From: Zygnema circumcarinatum SAG 698-1b
Taxonomy: Eukaryota; Plantae; Zygnematophyceae
DNA: 64,000 bases
Reading direction: 5' to 3'
NCBI GenBank assembly: GCA_037447605.1
Contig: CM074805.1
Span: 2,947,361 to 3,011,360 of the forward strand
Positions 49,920-63,489 of the stretch are shown here, piece by piece (the stretch's first letter is position 1; each line of letters begins with the position of its first letter). A program made the position numbers and the translations under genes. The notes beneath the pieces were generated by a model. That model was not told the origin of the DNA and made no database searches. It was given only the letters and a program-made list of their open reading frames with translations.

Positions 49920-52900
49920 TCAGATTTCCTCCAGATCCTCCTCTTCCCCTTTTCTTCCTGCTTGCTCCTTCCAGAAAAGTAGTTGCTTCCTCAGTTTTTG
50001 AATCTCTCGTGTTTGCACATTGCGTGAGGCATCATTGGTAATCGATCGGACACGAGTGGCGTAGCTGCACTCAGATAACAGCGGCTTCACAGATTAGTGC
50101 GGCTCCTTTTGTCAAGTTGGAACGTCAATCGTCAATCTTTGCTAAGGTACAGCTGCAGAAATGCGCACACTAAAACGCAAGGTTCTTTCACTTTCCTCTC
50201 TCAGCAATAAACGTAACGAGGTGCAACACCAAACTCACCTTAAAGAATTGTGCGTTTCGTCCAGGTTGGACTCTGCTGGCGATATATTGACAAACATAAG
50301 TGTCTTGGCATTGCCTCCCAATGAATCACTCATCAGCATCGTCAGCTTGTGATTGCGGTAGGGAATGTGAGGATCATCCTGAGCGAGCGCACTGATAACA
50401 TCACCTAGAGCCGAGAGCGACTTATTGATTGACTGTGCCTCTTTCAGCTGCTCTCCCGTGCTGCCCGACTTTTTGATCCGCTCTGATCCCGCAAGGTCCA
50501 CAAAGCTCAGCTGCACAAACACCATACCAGAATTTCCAGCTCACAAACATGCGCCTGATTGCAATAAACCAATCCATACCCCATAGGCACAGCGACAGCT
50601 CTGAGACCAAGGCATTTCAACATATCCCTTGCCTCAACTGCTGGCATGCAGACCACTAAACTTGTGGATTTGCTCATCTTCCTGATTCGTCAAGGCCCCC
50701 GCAAATTAGTGTTTGCTAAGGCGAAGTTTACCTTGCCCTTCAAAAGGGTTTGCGTCTGGTAGTTAGTAGCCTCAATGATGATCGAAAGAATGAGATGGGA
50801 GCGTGAACTCTCCGCATTCATGTTGGTTCCTGCTGTCACTCTGCGCTCCATACCCTTCTCTACAATGGTCTGAAGCTCCTCCAGCTTCTCCACTGAGATG
50901 ATAGTCGCGTTTTCCACAACCACCATTCCCTGAACCGAAAAAAGACATAATTTCAATATGTACCTTTTCAGGCACGGACAGTGTCACGAACATTAGAGAT
51001 GCCCTAAAACATGGCAGCTTGCAATCGGATGCTCAGAGATGTGATAAACCAATGACAGGTACTTCGCTCATACAGAAGTCAAGTATGCCAACCAGCCGAC
51101 AACACAGTTCGCCCATTCCAAACAGACAGGAGATCTCACCTTGATGTCTTTTTTTATCTCTAACTTCTTCTTTGCTGCGCCCTTCGGAACCAGGAGGTCT
51201 TGAAGATTGTCTTGGTAAAGCTCCAACATGTATACCTGAATTAACCTCTCACGAAGCACAAACGAAATCAGGACCATACTCTAATGCAATGACAGTAGCA
51301 CATTTACATTCCTCCACCGTGCATTAAGATTCCGAGGACCTATGATGTTATCGAAAGACGAGGATTGCAGTCACTTGTCGTGTCAAACAAGAATAAACAA
51401 CATCTGTACAAGGACTCCACTGAATGAAAACTTACTGTCGAGGTAAGCAATGCGCATTCTACAGACATTGAAAAAGTACACATCGGGAGCTCACAAAGTA
51501 AAGGTCATTCCATTTCAGCCATTACACTTTCCTTAACGGATTTATTCAATTGCCGCCTCGATGTAGGCAGGAGAACTGCAAGCATGCCCCGCTTTCTTCA
51601 TAACGATCCTTCGAGGCTCAAAATCATGCACAACACTTTCCGTCCGAAACTTTTCGCCCAACAAAAGCATGGCTGCTCCTACATGTGCAAGAGAGTGGTG
51701 GCAACCAACCTTAAGAGCAAACGAGATTTTGCCCGAGTCCCTGTCCAAACAGCGGAACAGCTCTTGCATGGCGCGGGCAGTAAGGCCCTCATTCCCCGGT
51801 GCACCGTAAATGGTGTATGTCTTTCCCGACCCCGTCTGTCCGTATGCAAAAATGCATACGTTATAGCCATCAATGGCAGACTGCACCAAATACTGCACAG
51901 TACATCACCAAAAGACTGAATTAGGTGCGAAACATGTGATTCAACTAAATCATAATAAAAAATAAATTCACGTCCCAAAATGAAATGGCATGCAAAGTCA
52001 GCTTTGTGATCCGCTCAAATTGGGTACTGGTCCCACCCAGACAGATAAGTAGTTTTTCCTAAAATGTGTCCAGTCGGAAAAAAAAAGAAGCCATTTCCGG
52101 TTGTGCAATTCCTCACCTTCGTGTCTTCAAACACTTCCTCCTGAGATGCTCGCTCATCAAATACATGGTCAAATTGATGCTGTTTGGGCTTTTCTCCATC
52201 CTTCCATGGGTGCACCATGGTGAACTCGTCTGGTGAGGAAATGACATTCTTTTGATTCTCCACGATCTCTTTCTCGCTGAGGGGCCGAGATCGTGCGTAC
52301 ACTCTGATTTTACCTTTCATGTCTTCCATCATATTAAAGTAGCGCTTGCGAAGCAACTGCTCGTCCATGTACAGCCTTTCCAGCTCTGCTATTTGGTCGC
52401 TCTGCTTCTGTATGACCTCAGCTGCGACTGTGTTTTTCCGTTCCATATCCTATGCACCATCGTCCCGCCCCACGAAAACTTAAGAACAGTCAGTCTCAAA
52501 AGCCAAGCCTTTGCAGAGCTAGCTGCCGTTCTTCAGAAGAAGAAGCACCAAACGAGAAATTTACGCCTTTCTGACAAAAAATAAATGCAAAGGGTGCACC
52601 TTTGCACGGTGCTACATATGGTTTTGTCTTCATACCGTGTACAAAGCGGTCCATAAAGCCGCGACATGCCAAATAGAGTATACGGGGAAAACTCTTTATG
52701 CATGTATTTTACCAAGCAACAATAGCAATGTACTTTCCAACCCTCACCTCTTTCAGTTCACGAAGTTCTTCAAGTTCTTTAATAAGATCATCAATATGCT
52801 CCATTTGGTGTGTTTTCTCCGCCAGTTCTGCTTCCAGCATGGTGATGTGCTTGCTCTGCTCCTCAGCTTTTCTCTCTGCTGCTTCTACTCGGTTTGCCAT

Positions 52901-55900
52901 ATCTTCCTTGTCCTTAGCCCACTTAGCTTCCAGAGCCTTCATCTGCAAATACAGCAGAAACAAACAGGAATCGCATTTTGAGAAACAACAATGGAATATT
53001 CATATATCCTCACCTTTGATACCAACTAGGTAACGTGGTGAATGCAAGTGAGACATTCCCTGAGTTTACTTCACACATCACACAAGAAAGAGCCCATTCA
53101 GTCTGAGAAGCAACTGTTACAAACCTCGCCTGCCTTCGCATTTTGAAATCTGATCAGCTTCTGGTCTGCAAGCTGGCGCTCCTTAAGAGCACGTTTGTGT
53201 TCCTCCTCCAATTTTCTTGCTGAATCGCCTTTCTGTGCAGAGTCCTTTCTGGCCTCTTTGAGCTGCGAAGTTCAGATCAGATAAAGGCTTCATGTCATGA
53301 CGACAAAGAAGAACAAACATAAGTAAAGATGAAAAATACACTTATTTTGGAAATAGCTATCGATGTCAGTGCGGATACGACAGGAAGTTGTGAATTGATG
53401 AGAAATAATTCATCCGCCAATTGCCATCAGATGACGTAGAGCTTTAGAACGTAGAGAGTTTTAGCTTCAAAACACCGATTCGACTGCTCAGAACGCATCC
53501 AACAGGTTGACATAAACACAAGAACTGTTAAATGCAGATAGAGTCCTTGCCTAGCCATCTGAATGAAGCCAATGAATATAACTCTTCAATTCAAGAGTCG
53601 ACGACCTCATACCTGTGCTTCGAGGCTCTTCATCCGTAACTGCGATTCCTTCGTGTCAGGAGTCACTTCTCCCAACTTTTCAAAGCCCTTCTTGCCTGAA
53701 GATAAGCCTCCGATGCTACGACGGCCCATAGTTGAGCTATCAGAATCCCACTGGACCTCGCTCATAGATTCTGCTGCAATGTTCTGTAAGAACAAGAAGA
53801 CATCAGCAAGAAAGATTCAATGTGTTACTGCCCAACGATACGGAAACAAAGAAACGACTTCCCCTATCAGTCATCTCTGTCCCGAAGCACGGGAATAGCT
53901 TACGACCGTTGAGAAATACAATGACTTCTTGACCTAAGCTGATTAGGTTACAAACCTTTTGTCCAATTGTCCTGATTTATTTCCTCGCAAAACACTGGAT
54001 GCAATATTCATTTACCAAACTTCTTGAATCTGAGCTCAGGGCCTGCAGTCTCCACGGATGGACATACAGCCTTTCATATGCACACAAGCTGTGGGCCTAT
54101 TCACTAAACCAGCAGCATAACTGAAAGAAGCGGGCATACACTCGGCATGGGCAGCCACCTGAGCAACAAATTCTTGTTCTTGCACAGCCTTGGCTAGCCC
54201 ATCTCGCTCTGCTATCAGTTCCTGCCGCAATGTGTCCTCTGCCTTCAAGCGCTCACGCATATCTTCCACTTCCTCTTTCAGTCGCTTCTCTCCCAATTCT
54301 CTGTCTACCAATGTTTTGGTGAGCTGCTCAGCCCAAAACAGCCAAGGTAAACAACCAATCAGTCCGGTGAGACATGACATCAGTGAAAGAGTAGAGTCAG
54401 CGACTCGAATGATCAATCTACCAGAGCAACAGATAATGAAAACATAAATGCACGAGAGGCGATAGCATATGTCAATAGTAGCCTTAGGAGAAGAATCCTT
54501 TGGAAGTGAGCCAAAAATGACGTAAAATGCAAGTGGCAGAGGAGAAAGAGAAACAGCAAGGGAAATGCTCTACTTTGGGCAGGTAAGGCATCTGCATTGC
54601 AATGTTATTCATGACACAATCACATTACTGCAAATAGAAGCCTCGTCACGACACACCGAAATAGCACACATACGTTGGGGCTGTGAGAGACATCAGGTGC
54701 ATGCATACTGCACCAAAAATAAACTTTTCTCGTCACAACTTCAACGATTGTATTCAAGCCTTACGATAACTTTAGTTGTTCATACTCAGTTCTTTAACTG
54801 ACCCATACAGAATTAAGTTGAAATTGTAGACTAACAGACCAGGTTGGCACAACCACCTACTAGCACAAGCACCCGTTCCTATGTTCGATAAGACGTGTAG
54901 AATCCCACAAACTCAGTAAGAAACTCTGATACTCACCTCCTCAATCTGTCGATTTGACTGCTCAAGCTGCTTCGCCATCTGCATCATCTTCTGCTCATGT
55001 AGCTGCAGGTCTGCAGCATTCTGCTTTAAACCTTCTGGAGCTGGCCCGTTTGGAGTTGCAGCATGACCGTTGGTTTTTGCAGAAGACACGACTGGAGATT
55101 CACCGTTTGCAGAAGGCAAACTGTTGACCATTTGTGGGGAATGAACGAGGATAGGGGCACCCTTTTTGGAGTATCGGCGCAGCATGACATCGTTGATGTG
55201 TGTCTGCAAGGCCACACATATATCCTCTCCCTGCAAACATACGGCAGGAGATAAGTTATGACTACTAAAGACTAGAATACATGGAGTCTCTCAATTTGAT
55301 TCGTTTGCTAAGTCTTCTAAAAAACATTTTGGAGGGTATATGCAGATTTTGTACCACTGACGCTTCCACATACCTGCTTTGTTTCAAACTGAAATATATG
55401 CATGACGCCAGCTACTCGCATCTTGAAGAAGACAGCTGAAGCACTGCTCCCAAACTGCATGATGTCACGAAGCTCTGCAGAGTGCAGGTATTCTTTTGGT
55501 GTAGGTCGGAAAAAGTGCACCTGCATGAGGACACAAACACAAGGGACTCAAATGCAGAAGAACAAAACAGGGCAAAGACATGATCCGAGGCTTGTCGTTC
55601 AGCAAAAAATGTTGAATTGAAGTGGCTCACTTACTCCTCTCTTGTTTATGCCAATAATCATCTTTCCGGGCAGAAGACCAATGGGATCCTCCATTCGTCG
55701 CACAGTGAAAAAGCTCGAGTTGCCATACGGCAGTGCTCGGAGTATGCGCAAAAGTTGCTGCCGTGCGTCGTCTTTCACCAGATGTCGCTGCACAGAGGAA
55801 ACGCGACCAGAATTGGGTTCTCAAGTGAGACAAGACACTTGAACAATAAACACATGTAGGCCGAAGATATCTGCAGATACAGACTCTGCCTACAGGTAGC

Positions 55901-58900
55901 ATACATAGCAAACATGACGACAACAATGAGCATAATGTTGTGGAGAACATCATCGACCGGCTCACATGGTCCCTCTGTAACAATACCAAAACATCATTTA
56001 CTCCGAAATTTTCACATCGCCCAACTAGACAAGAGCACGATTGAGAGAGTTACCAGCAGGAGCTATATACATTAATGTTCACCCTACAGAAGCACATGGA
56101 ATGCCATCAAGCCCATCACAAAAGTGAATGCCGACCCTAAGCTTACAAATAAGATCAAAAAATGAGATAGCACATAATTCTAACAATTGGTAGCGCCAAA
56201 ACTGAGGCCGCCTTGAATATCACCAGGCAAGACAGAGAGTTGCTGCAGTGTGGCAGCATTTTTGCAGCTCGAGTGTTTACAGACAAAAAGGTCGATATAC
56301 TGCGAATGATTCATTTTCCCCAAACAAAAGCTGTTTTCTGTTTGCTTTTGTCTACTTTGAGGGTAGTGAATGTAAGGTGTGAGGTGCTTCTATGAGATAT
56401 TCATAACCTTCATGATTTTTTATGAAAAAAGTTAGCCGCAATACCAGGGCTCCCACATGTGTAAGACCAATTAACAATTGCTCAGCGACGGGTACGAAAG
56501 CATTACCATATTCTTGTAGCGATTGAGTACTTCCCCCTCCCACTCGCGTTTTGGCCGCATCATTATTGCCTGCTTTGGAATCACACGATCTACTTGAGAC
56601 GGCCAATCCCTGCACAATGCCATGCATGAGAACCATGTAAAATCAGTCATGCTTCCGATTTCTCAGTTCTCGCTCGTCTTTCTCATCTCTTAACTACACC
56701 ACGAAATTCATACGTGGACCTCACGACAACGAACCAACCAGACCTACTCAGCAGCATTGACGTCAACCATGGTTATAAAAGTGTCTCTTTTTTGCACATA
56801 GGCCGAAGTTCAAACTCATTCAATGATCATTTCTTATAAGAAAAAAAACAAGGTGACTCGATCGCAGAAGATCCTGGATGCCGAAACACTGGATGCTAAT
56901 TTAGTAGATTATCAAGGAAATGAATGATGCAAGTCAATCAGCCAAGGAGAAGCCCAATGAAGAGCAAGCTCCAAACAACATGGGCCTATGCTCCATGCTA
57001 TCTGGGGAGCCCTTTGTTTGCGCACCTACAGACCTGCTTTCGAAGAGGCGTCTGCACATACACTAAGGCATACATACACCGTATGACCTATGTCCACTTA
57101 CATTGAGCTCTCTGGATCTGCTAGAGGTCCGAACTCGGCAGCAATTTGCAGAGCTGCAAGCTGCGCTGCATCCTCGCGATTAACAGGATAATGTCCTGCC
57201 AAGTAATCATGCTGAGCCTGTCACACCCATCCCAGACACTTGTCACTTAATGAAATATGTTCCTGTACTGATGTGTCCTGAAGTGGATGTCGCTTTGCCC
57301 CTGTTCGACCTTAACCAATCAAGCCAGATTTATTTCTGACGACAATCCGAACTCTCACTTGGCAGAAATTTCACAAATATGTTGAGAAGTTACAAGTGAA
57401 GTCTATGAAAGCTACTCAGAGTGCACAAAATGTGTTCTCTTTTTCCTGACACGAGACACATAGTGTAGCAAGCAAGGAGCACAAGCTCCACAATTTTATC
57501 AGAAATAAATTTGCGCAATGCCCAGTAAATGTCGTCTTCCAAATCTGAGATGCAATGCAGAGACACACCTTGCTTGGTCCTACTTCCTATGAAAAACCAT
57601 CACTCACCTGTACATAAGACAATTGGATGAACACTGGTTCTGTGATTGCTTCATCTGCTTCTCGAAAGAGTTTTTTCTTGAAAAGCAGACGACGCACAAC
57701 AAACTCTCCCTTCGTGCGTTCGGGCGTGGCTTTGAACTCCGCTACCACATCTCCTATGTACCGGTTATCGTCGAGTACCAAGTGCTCGTCTGCAGGTTCA
57801 GCTGCACTATGCAAAAAAGCCATGACAGGCTGTCAGACAATTTCACTAGACAATGTATCTAGCAAGTTACATCTGTCCAAGACGTGTTCTACAACATTGC
57901 AAGATCGAGCACTGGCAGCACTGCTACAGCATTTTCGCTCACATGTGCTTGCCGTTTACTGCACTAGAGTCAGGTCTAACTCAATTTCGCTTCTCAATCA
58001 TTGAAAACGTGAAAACATGTGCTCAGCTTGCAGGATAGTTCACACAAGCAGGTGAGCGAGTTGATATACCTCCTGACGACTCCTGTGACCTCACGGTTGG
58101 CACAAATTTGCGGCACTCGAAGAGTCCAAAGGTTTGGAAGTTTTGCAACCGGATGATCCCCGCCACCTCCTGCAAAGCATCGTGTTCTCAGGTAAGCAAG
58201 ATTCTCGAATTGGCATACCCCGTACGACACCGTATAATCGTGCAAAACTCTGCAACTCCCCAAATTTTTGTGAAGGAAGCAGAATTTACGTACAGAAGCC
58301 TCAAATTCTTTTTCAAAATTTTCTTGAAAGGTAAAGACAATCTGCAACTCTTCATAAACTTATAAAGCTCACCTCCACGGCCTCAGCTACAGTGGTAGTC
58401 ATGTCATATGAAACCTCTTCAAATGTGTCATCCAAGAAGAAGGCAAGTGCTGTAAGCTTCTTTCCCCGCATGAGAACCTCCACCTCGTCAAAACTAGGGG
58501 GTACCCGTCGTGGGCCTGCCTTTACCGAACGCTTGAGAGCCTTCCAAGTCGCAAGAGCTTTAGCGCGGATTTCAGGGTCCACCTTGCCAGCATGAGCTTG
58601 CTCATGAGCATATTCTGAGAGCGGGCCAGCCAAAATCTTGCCAGGTGGCATTGCGGACGAACAAACATGTAGCAGGTCCCATGCCTTGAGGGATGACGAC
58701 CTGACATCAAAAGTAAGCAAAGTCCACCACCAATAACAGAGAAAACCTTATTCTCTCACTGTGATGTTCTTCGGTTGCTGTAATGTCTTTTCTAGTTCCT
58801 GCTGCCTTTTCAACAACTGCATTTCGAGACTACCAACCAAGTTTTTTGATTACCAATCAGGGTGGAAATTCTTGCTTGCAAGCCCACTTGATTCATTTTT

Positions 58901-61012
58901 AGACAGATGATTCGACACACCTTTCAGGATTGTTGCTTGTCTGTTTGTGCAACTGTGCAAAAAGTTCATCCCGTAGTTCTGCCCTTCGAAGTGTGTGTTT
59001 TAACAGCTTCACAACAATAGCAATCTCCTCCGAGGCATCAAGTGGGGAGCCATCAGCAAGCCCCATAAAACGTAGGACTTCTTGGAAAAGTTTGACAGCC
59101 TTGCTTTGCAAGTCACCTGACATCTTCAGAAGAGATACAGGGATTGGCTCCTGCGGTTGAACAGACAAAGATGAAAGCAAAACCAACATACAAAATCATT
59201 TTCAGGTTTAAATAAAGCTCCCCTATTGGGCTGCAGTGCTAAAACAGCAGGCTGAGCAAGTTACATCCAGCAGCTGTGCCAACCGAATGCAAGCATACGA
59301 GGAGCATCGACAGGTTTAAGAAAGGAGTTAATCTACAAAGGAGAAACACTGACAAGAGAAACTAACTTTTGAGTTTTCCAACCTTTTGAAAGTTGAGCAT
59401 ATCTTCAATCGTGTATCTTTTTGCAGCTCGGCCAGCAGTTGGTTGAGGCGCAATTTTTCCACCAAAAAAGCCTCGCCGTCCGCCAGTTCCAAGCTGCTTA
59501 TTGCTCGCCTTCAAGAAAGCCTCCACTTGATAATACTCCAGAAGAGGGAGTCCTGCCATACTTCCTCCTAGCGAGGAACTGCAAGATCCATCCCACGGAT
59601 TACCTTAGTATAAGTTCAACATATCCAGTTTCTAAAGGGCAGATATGCTTGACAGACTGCATACTCCACAATTGAAACCGATATGCTAGATAGGCGCTAA
59701 AGCAATTTGGAAATCAATTGGTCATCGATTGAGAACAGTTTTGAGGAATGCTTTGCACGACACATGTTATGCAACCGGGGTTTGCCGGCCTTTTAACACA
59801 CATAGCCAGCTGCACACACCTTGTGTTCGACAAACTTGCTGCCTCACTCTCCTCATCAATAGCGGCAGATTCTCCAGTTGAGAAGTCCTTTCCTAAGCTC
59901 TGAGACCTGGTACTGCCACAACATATGAGAGTCAAAATTTCAAATTAAAGAATGAAACAAATGCACTTTCTCCTTAAGCAGTCGGGTTTTCCCCTCTTGA
60001 TGAGCCAATACGGCTCTAAGGCCTTTATACCTATACAACTAACATACTGGACAGGTCCGCTTAGAACATAGTTAACAACCACTAAATGCCCACTCATGGT
60101 TCTAACGCCTCTTTCAGTCAACCCATTAGTTTCGGCTAAGTCCACCCTGACGGAGTGACCGACAGAGAAGTCGTATGCATTGCATATGAAAGCTCTGCAA
60201 CAGCATTGACATCCACTGGTCTCCCACCTTTACCCCAGTCAAGAAAGTCTGCACTGTTCTCCAATGCATCACACAAAAAAGGCCTCCTTATCGTCACTGA
60301 AAGCTGACTGATGGAAGCAAGCACAGACGAAGCTGCTCTGGTAGTTGAAAGCTGCAGTAGAGAACCTACTTACCAATCACAAGGTTTCCACAACTATACG
60401 AGGGAATTAGTCACTATAAAACGAGGATAAACGATTTCTCCTCTTCAAGCCGTTTTCATTCTTTTTAATTATAAGAAAGGCATACGGTGCAGAGAAATGC
60501 AGTTATGCAATTAATGACCTCCCTGAGGAGAAGTGCCCTCTCCGGTCCTCAGAAACTGAAGCCGAAAGAGGTGAGGATGAAGTAAAGCAAATCTCATCGT
60601 GAAATTAGAGCATAGTGAGGTCAAATGCAAAAGAGAGCAAATACAGTCACAAAACCTATTTGCGATCGAGTGGACCGACGATTTCGACAAGCTTTAAACG
60701 CCGGAAAAGCTGCCGCATGTCTCTATGTTGCAGAGTAGCTTTACATGCCGGAACAGCTGTCGCCCATGTCTAGAACACTACATCCGCTGTCCAGCTATTG
60801 ATTCTATCCGCCAAGTCCTTTCATTTACCAGTTATAACCCTTGGGACTTTCCTTCGATGTGGCTGCAGCTACAAAAGTGTTTCATTGCCCACAAACCTGT
60901 CTGATTGCTTCTCAGAGTCCTCAGAGTCGTCCCATTCTCCAGGCCTGTGCTTGCCGCCTCCATCCGTAGACCCTAATGATGTACTTCGCTCCGGTGGATC
61001 TCCTCCCGCCAT
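49920..61012 (-). CDS. KCBP: Kinesin-like calmodulin-binding protein (MyTH4-FERM-coiled coil-kinesin-14 motor-CaM-binding helix)
   Basis: [20 protein letters not shown]; MyTH4 [14 protein letters not shown]; [29 protein letters not shown]; motor [55 protein letters not shown]; CaM-binding [14 protein letters not shown]. The N-terminal exons are tentative. Confidence 0.95.
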
Positions 61013-63032
61013 GGCCGGTTGAAGTTATTTGACTTCTGTTGAGCTAAGAAGCCAACGACCAGCAATCGACAGAAGAAGAGGAGGAAATGCAGCTAAAGCT
61101 CCTCACAGACCCGATTGAAGTCGACGTTACCTCCTGCGGCATAGCCAAGCTCCCCTGCAACATAGAAGCAAGAGGCAGGATTTGAACTATTTTGTAAGTA
61201 TGGTTCCCTTCTTCCCGCTCAAGAAAACATCCTTCGGGAAGAACAAGAAAGAGAATAATGCGATACTAAGTTCATTGTCACATTAATATGGCTTTCAGCC
61301 GTTTCTTTGCAGCTGCTTCCGCCGTAGCTTTCTCTTGTTTCATCCAGCGACTGAAGTTAAACAAACTATTTTCAATCACCATGAAAATGACATAAGCTTT
61401 CATCCAGACTAATTGGTTGAGACGCGTGCTAAAAACAAACAATGGAAAACACACCAACTTCTACAAATGGCTAAATCTTTCTCTCCTACAGAGCGTACAA
61501 GCTCAATAGATGTCAGCCGGGAAAATAAGAAGGGCCCAAAAGAGGCAGGGAATTTTTTTTCGAATGGCATGTCTTCCGTCAATTCTAGCAAAAGGCCATG
61601 ACTGAGGTTGGCCAGATTAGTCCCTGGCTAACACCTTCAAAGCCTGCATCGCTGCAAAGAGGACATTCTCAATCGTCCTGCGACTACAATCCAGCTTTCT
61701 AGACTGACAGAAGTCGAGAAAAGCATCTAGTTCCCGACAAAATGCGTGCAAGAAAGGCCTTCTCACGTGAGGATAGCGAGCCACGCTGGGTCCTCAGACG
61801 ACCAGCAATGAGAAACAAACGAATGAGCGAGATGCAAGGCAGGAGGGAGGAGGACGCTTTCGTAGCGGACAGTAGTAGACGAGATGGGAGTGGGAGCAGA
61901 GCAGAGGCGAGGCGAACAGGCAGGCAGGCGCAGGACGCGGGCGCGGGCGCGGGCACTGGCAGGCAGGCGGGCGGAGGGCGGCGCAGTTACCGTGCAGCTC
62001 CCCCCCGGCAGTAGTGTGCGCACACTGCGCGGTGTGAGCCGACCGAGCCGCTGGCGCTCGTCGTTGCGCTGCATGGCCGGGCCGAGCCGTACCGCACGGC
62101 TCTGTACGGCGGGAGCGGCACGGGCGGGAGAGCCAACGTCGCCTTCGTCACTCCTACCGTACGGTACCGTAGGTCTAGGTCTACTCTGTCGGCGTCGGAC
62201 GCTGGTTGCAGGGATTGGCTGGGTTTGCTTCAGCTTGCAACGGCGACGGGCAATGCATTACGAAGGAAGAGAAATTTGCATTGGTCACGCATTGCCGATG
62301 CCATCAGATAAATTAGGATTAGGTTCAGGATTATGAATCCTTGTGTGCACATTTCAGGAGTGCTAATGAAATCGTGAGTGGCATGGTACAGAGCAGACAT
62401 GCGATGGTAATGGTATCGTTGAGAGGCGCCGTGCATGGGAGCCCTCCTTGGACTTAAAAGCAGCCCCAACACCAGGCGTCCTCTCTTGCAGGGCAACCGT
62501 TGAAAGTTTCCAAGAACGAACGCCATTGAATTCAACATAGAAGCAGGTAGAAACCGAAGCGGAGAGCTTCGAGAATGTAAAGAGGATGGACTCCTTCGTC
62601 TCATGTGGCTTCCAGCGCATGATGCGCCACCGTCGTGCACAACTGCGCATGCGGTAGCATACTACCGTATCTGGCCGGCTGTACGGCGTGTGGACGCGTG
62701 AGACCGCCGCAACTCGAATCTTTGGTGCACGCTACACTTGCAATAATGTTGCACCTGCCCCGCCCCACCCTGCGCCTCACCGCCGCAGCTTCTACCGTAA
62801 AGCTGGACGTCCGAACGCGCGACTCGGATCGCATCTTCATCACAAATCAAAACTGTTGCAACTACCGTACTGCGGTACGGTACTGTTGAGCGGATGTGCG
62901 CCCCGAAGGACGAGGGGGTCCGCATGGGCAGTCCAGCGTTTCTGGGAACCGGCCGGCCCAGGATGAACCGCTGTTATGGAATTGAGCAATCCGTCGATTC
63001 TCCTTTTTTCAAAAAGTTCGTGGTTTGCGCAC

Positions 63033-63161
63033 TTTCCCGCGCTTATTTACCTCCCGGGTCTCCAGCATCCTCTCGCTCGCCCCCTCACACTGTTCCGCTT
63101 CTCCCATCCTCTGCCTCCCCACGCCGCTCCTCACACTTCTTCTGCCTTTCCACTTTCCCGC
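63033..63161 (+). promoter_or_regulatory. Two E2F-binding sites (TTTCCCGC) upstream of ORC6
   Basis: TTTCCCGC at 63033-63040 and 63154-63161, about 200-330 bp before the ORC6 ATG. Pre-replication complex genes are established E2F targets. Confidence 0.7.
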
Positions 63162-63366
63162 AGCTCCCTCTCCTGTCCGTTCTCTCTCTCCCCTCCATTC
63201 TCTCGCTCTCACTTGCACACACACACAGACGAGAGATGCGCAGTGGGAAGTATGAGTGATAGTTGCATATGCCAGGAAATTCATGTATTGAGATCACTTC
63301 CCCAGAGTATAATCCACGGTGAAAATTGGAGTATCTAGGTCTATCCTTTTACAACAAGATTCCACC

Positions 63367-63489
63367 ATGGATATGCAAATGATTTGTCGTAAGCTTGAGC
63401 TGGAATCACCCCCAAAGGACGCCCTTCGGAAAGCAAAGGAGCTCATTCGCTTATGCTCTGCACGCTTCAATGCGGCCTCTCTTGGAATT
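63367..63489 (+). CDS. ORC6: Origin recognition complex subunit 6, first coding exon (gene continues downstream)
   Basis: MDMQMICRKLELESPPKDALRKAKELIRLCSARFNAASLGI followed by a GT donor; resembles the plant ORC6 N-terminus (MDI..I.RKL.L.....IRKA.E.RRL....F.SS.IG). Confidence 0.8.

Noticed and set aside
49900-49930. KCBP ends at EEDLEEI followed by clustered TGA codons
   Set aside because: The calmodulin-binding helix is complete, there is no conserved Cys position and I saw no SECIS nearby; ordinary termination or a 1-bp error is sufficient.
62230-62510. AACGG cores as possible MSA (G2/M) elements for KCBP
   Set aside because: Only partial matches to YCYAACGGYY and not clustered.
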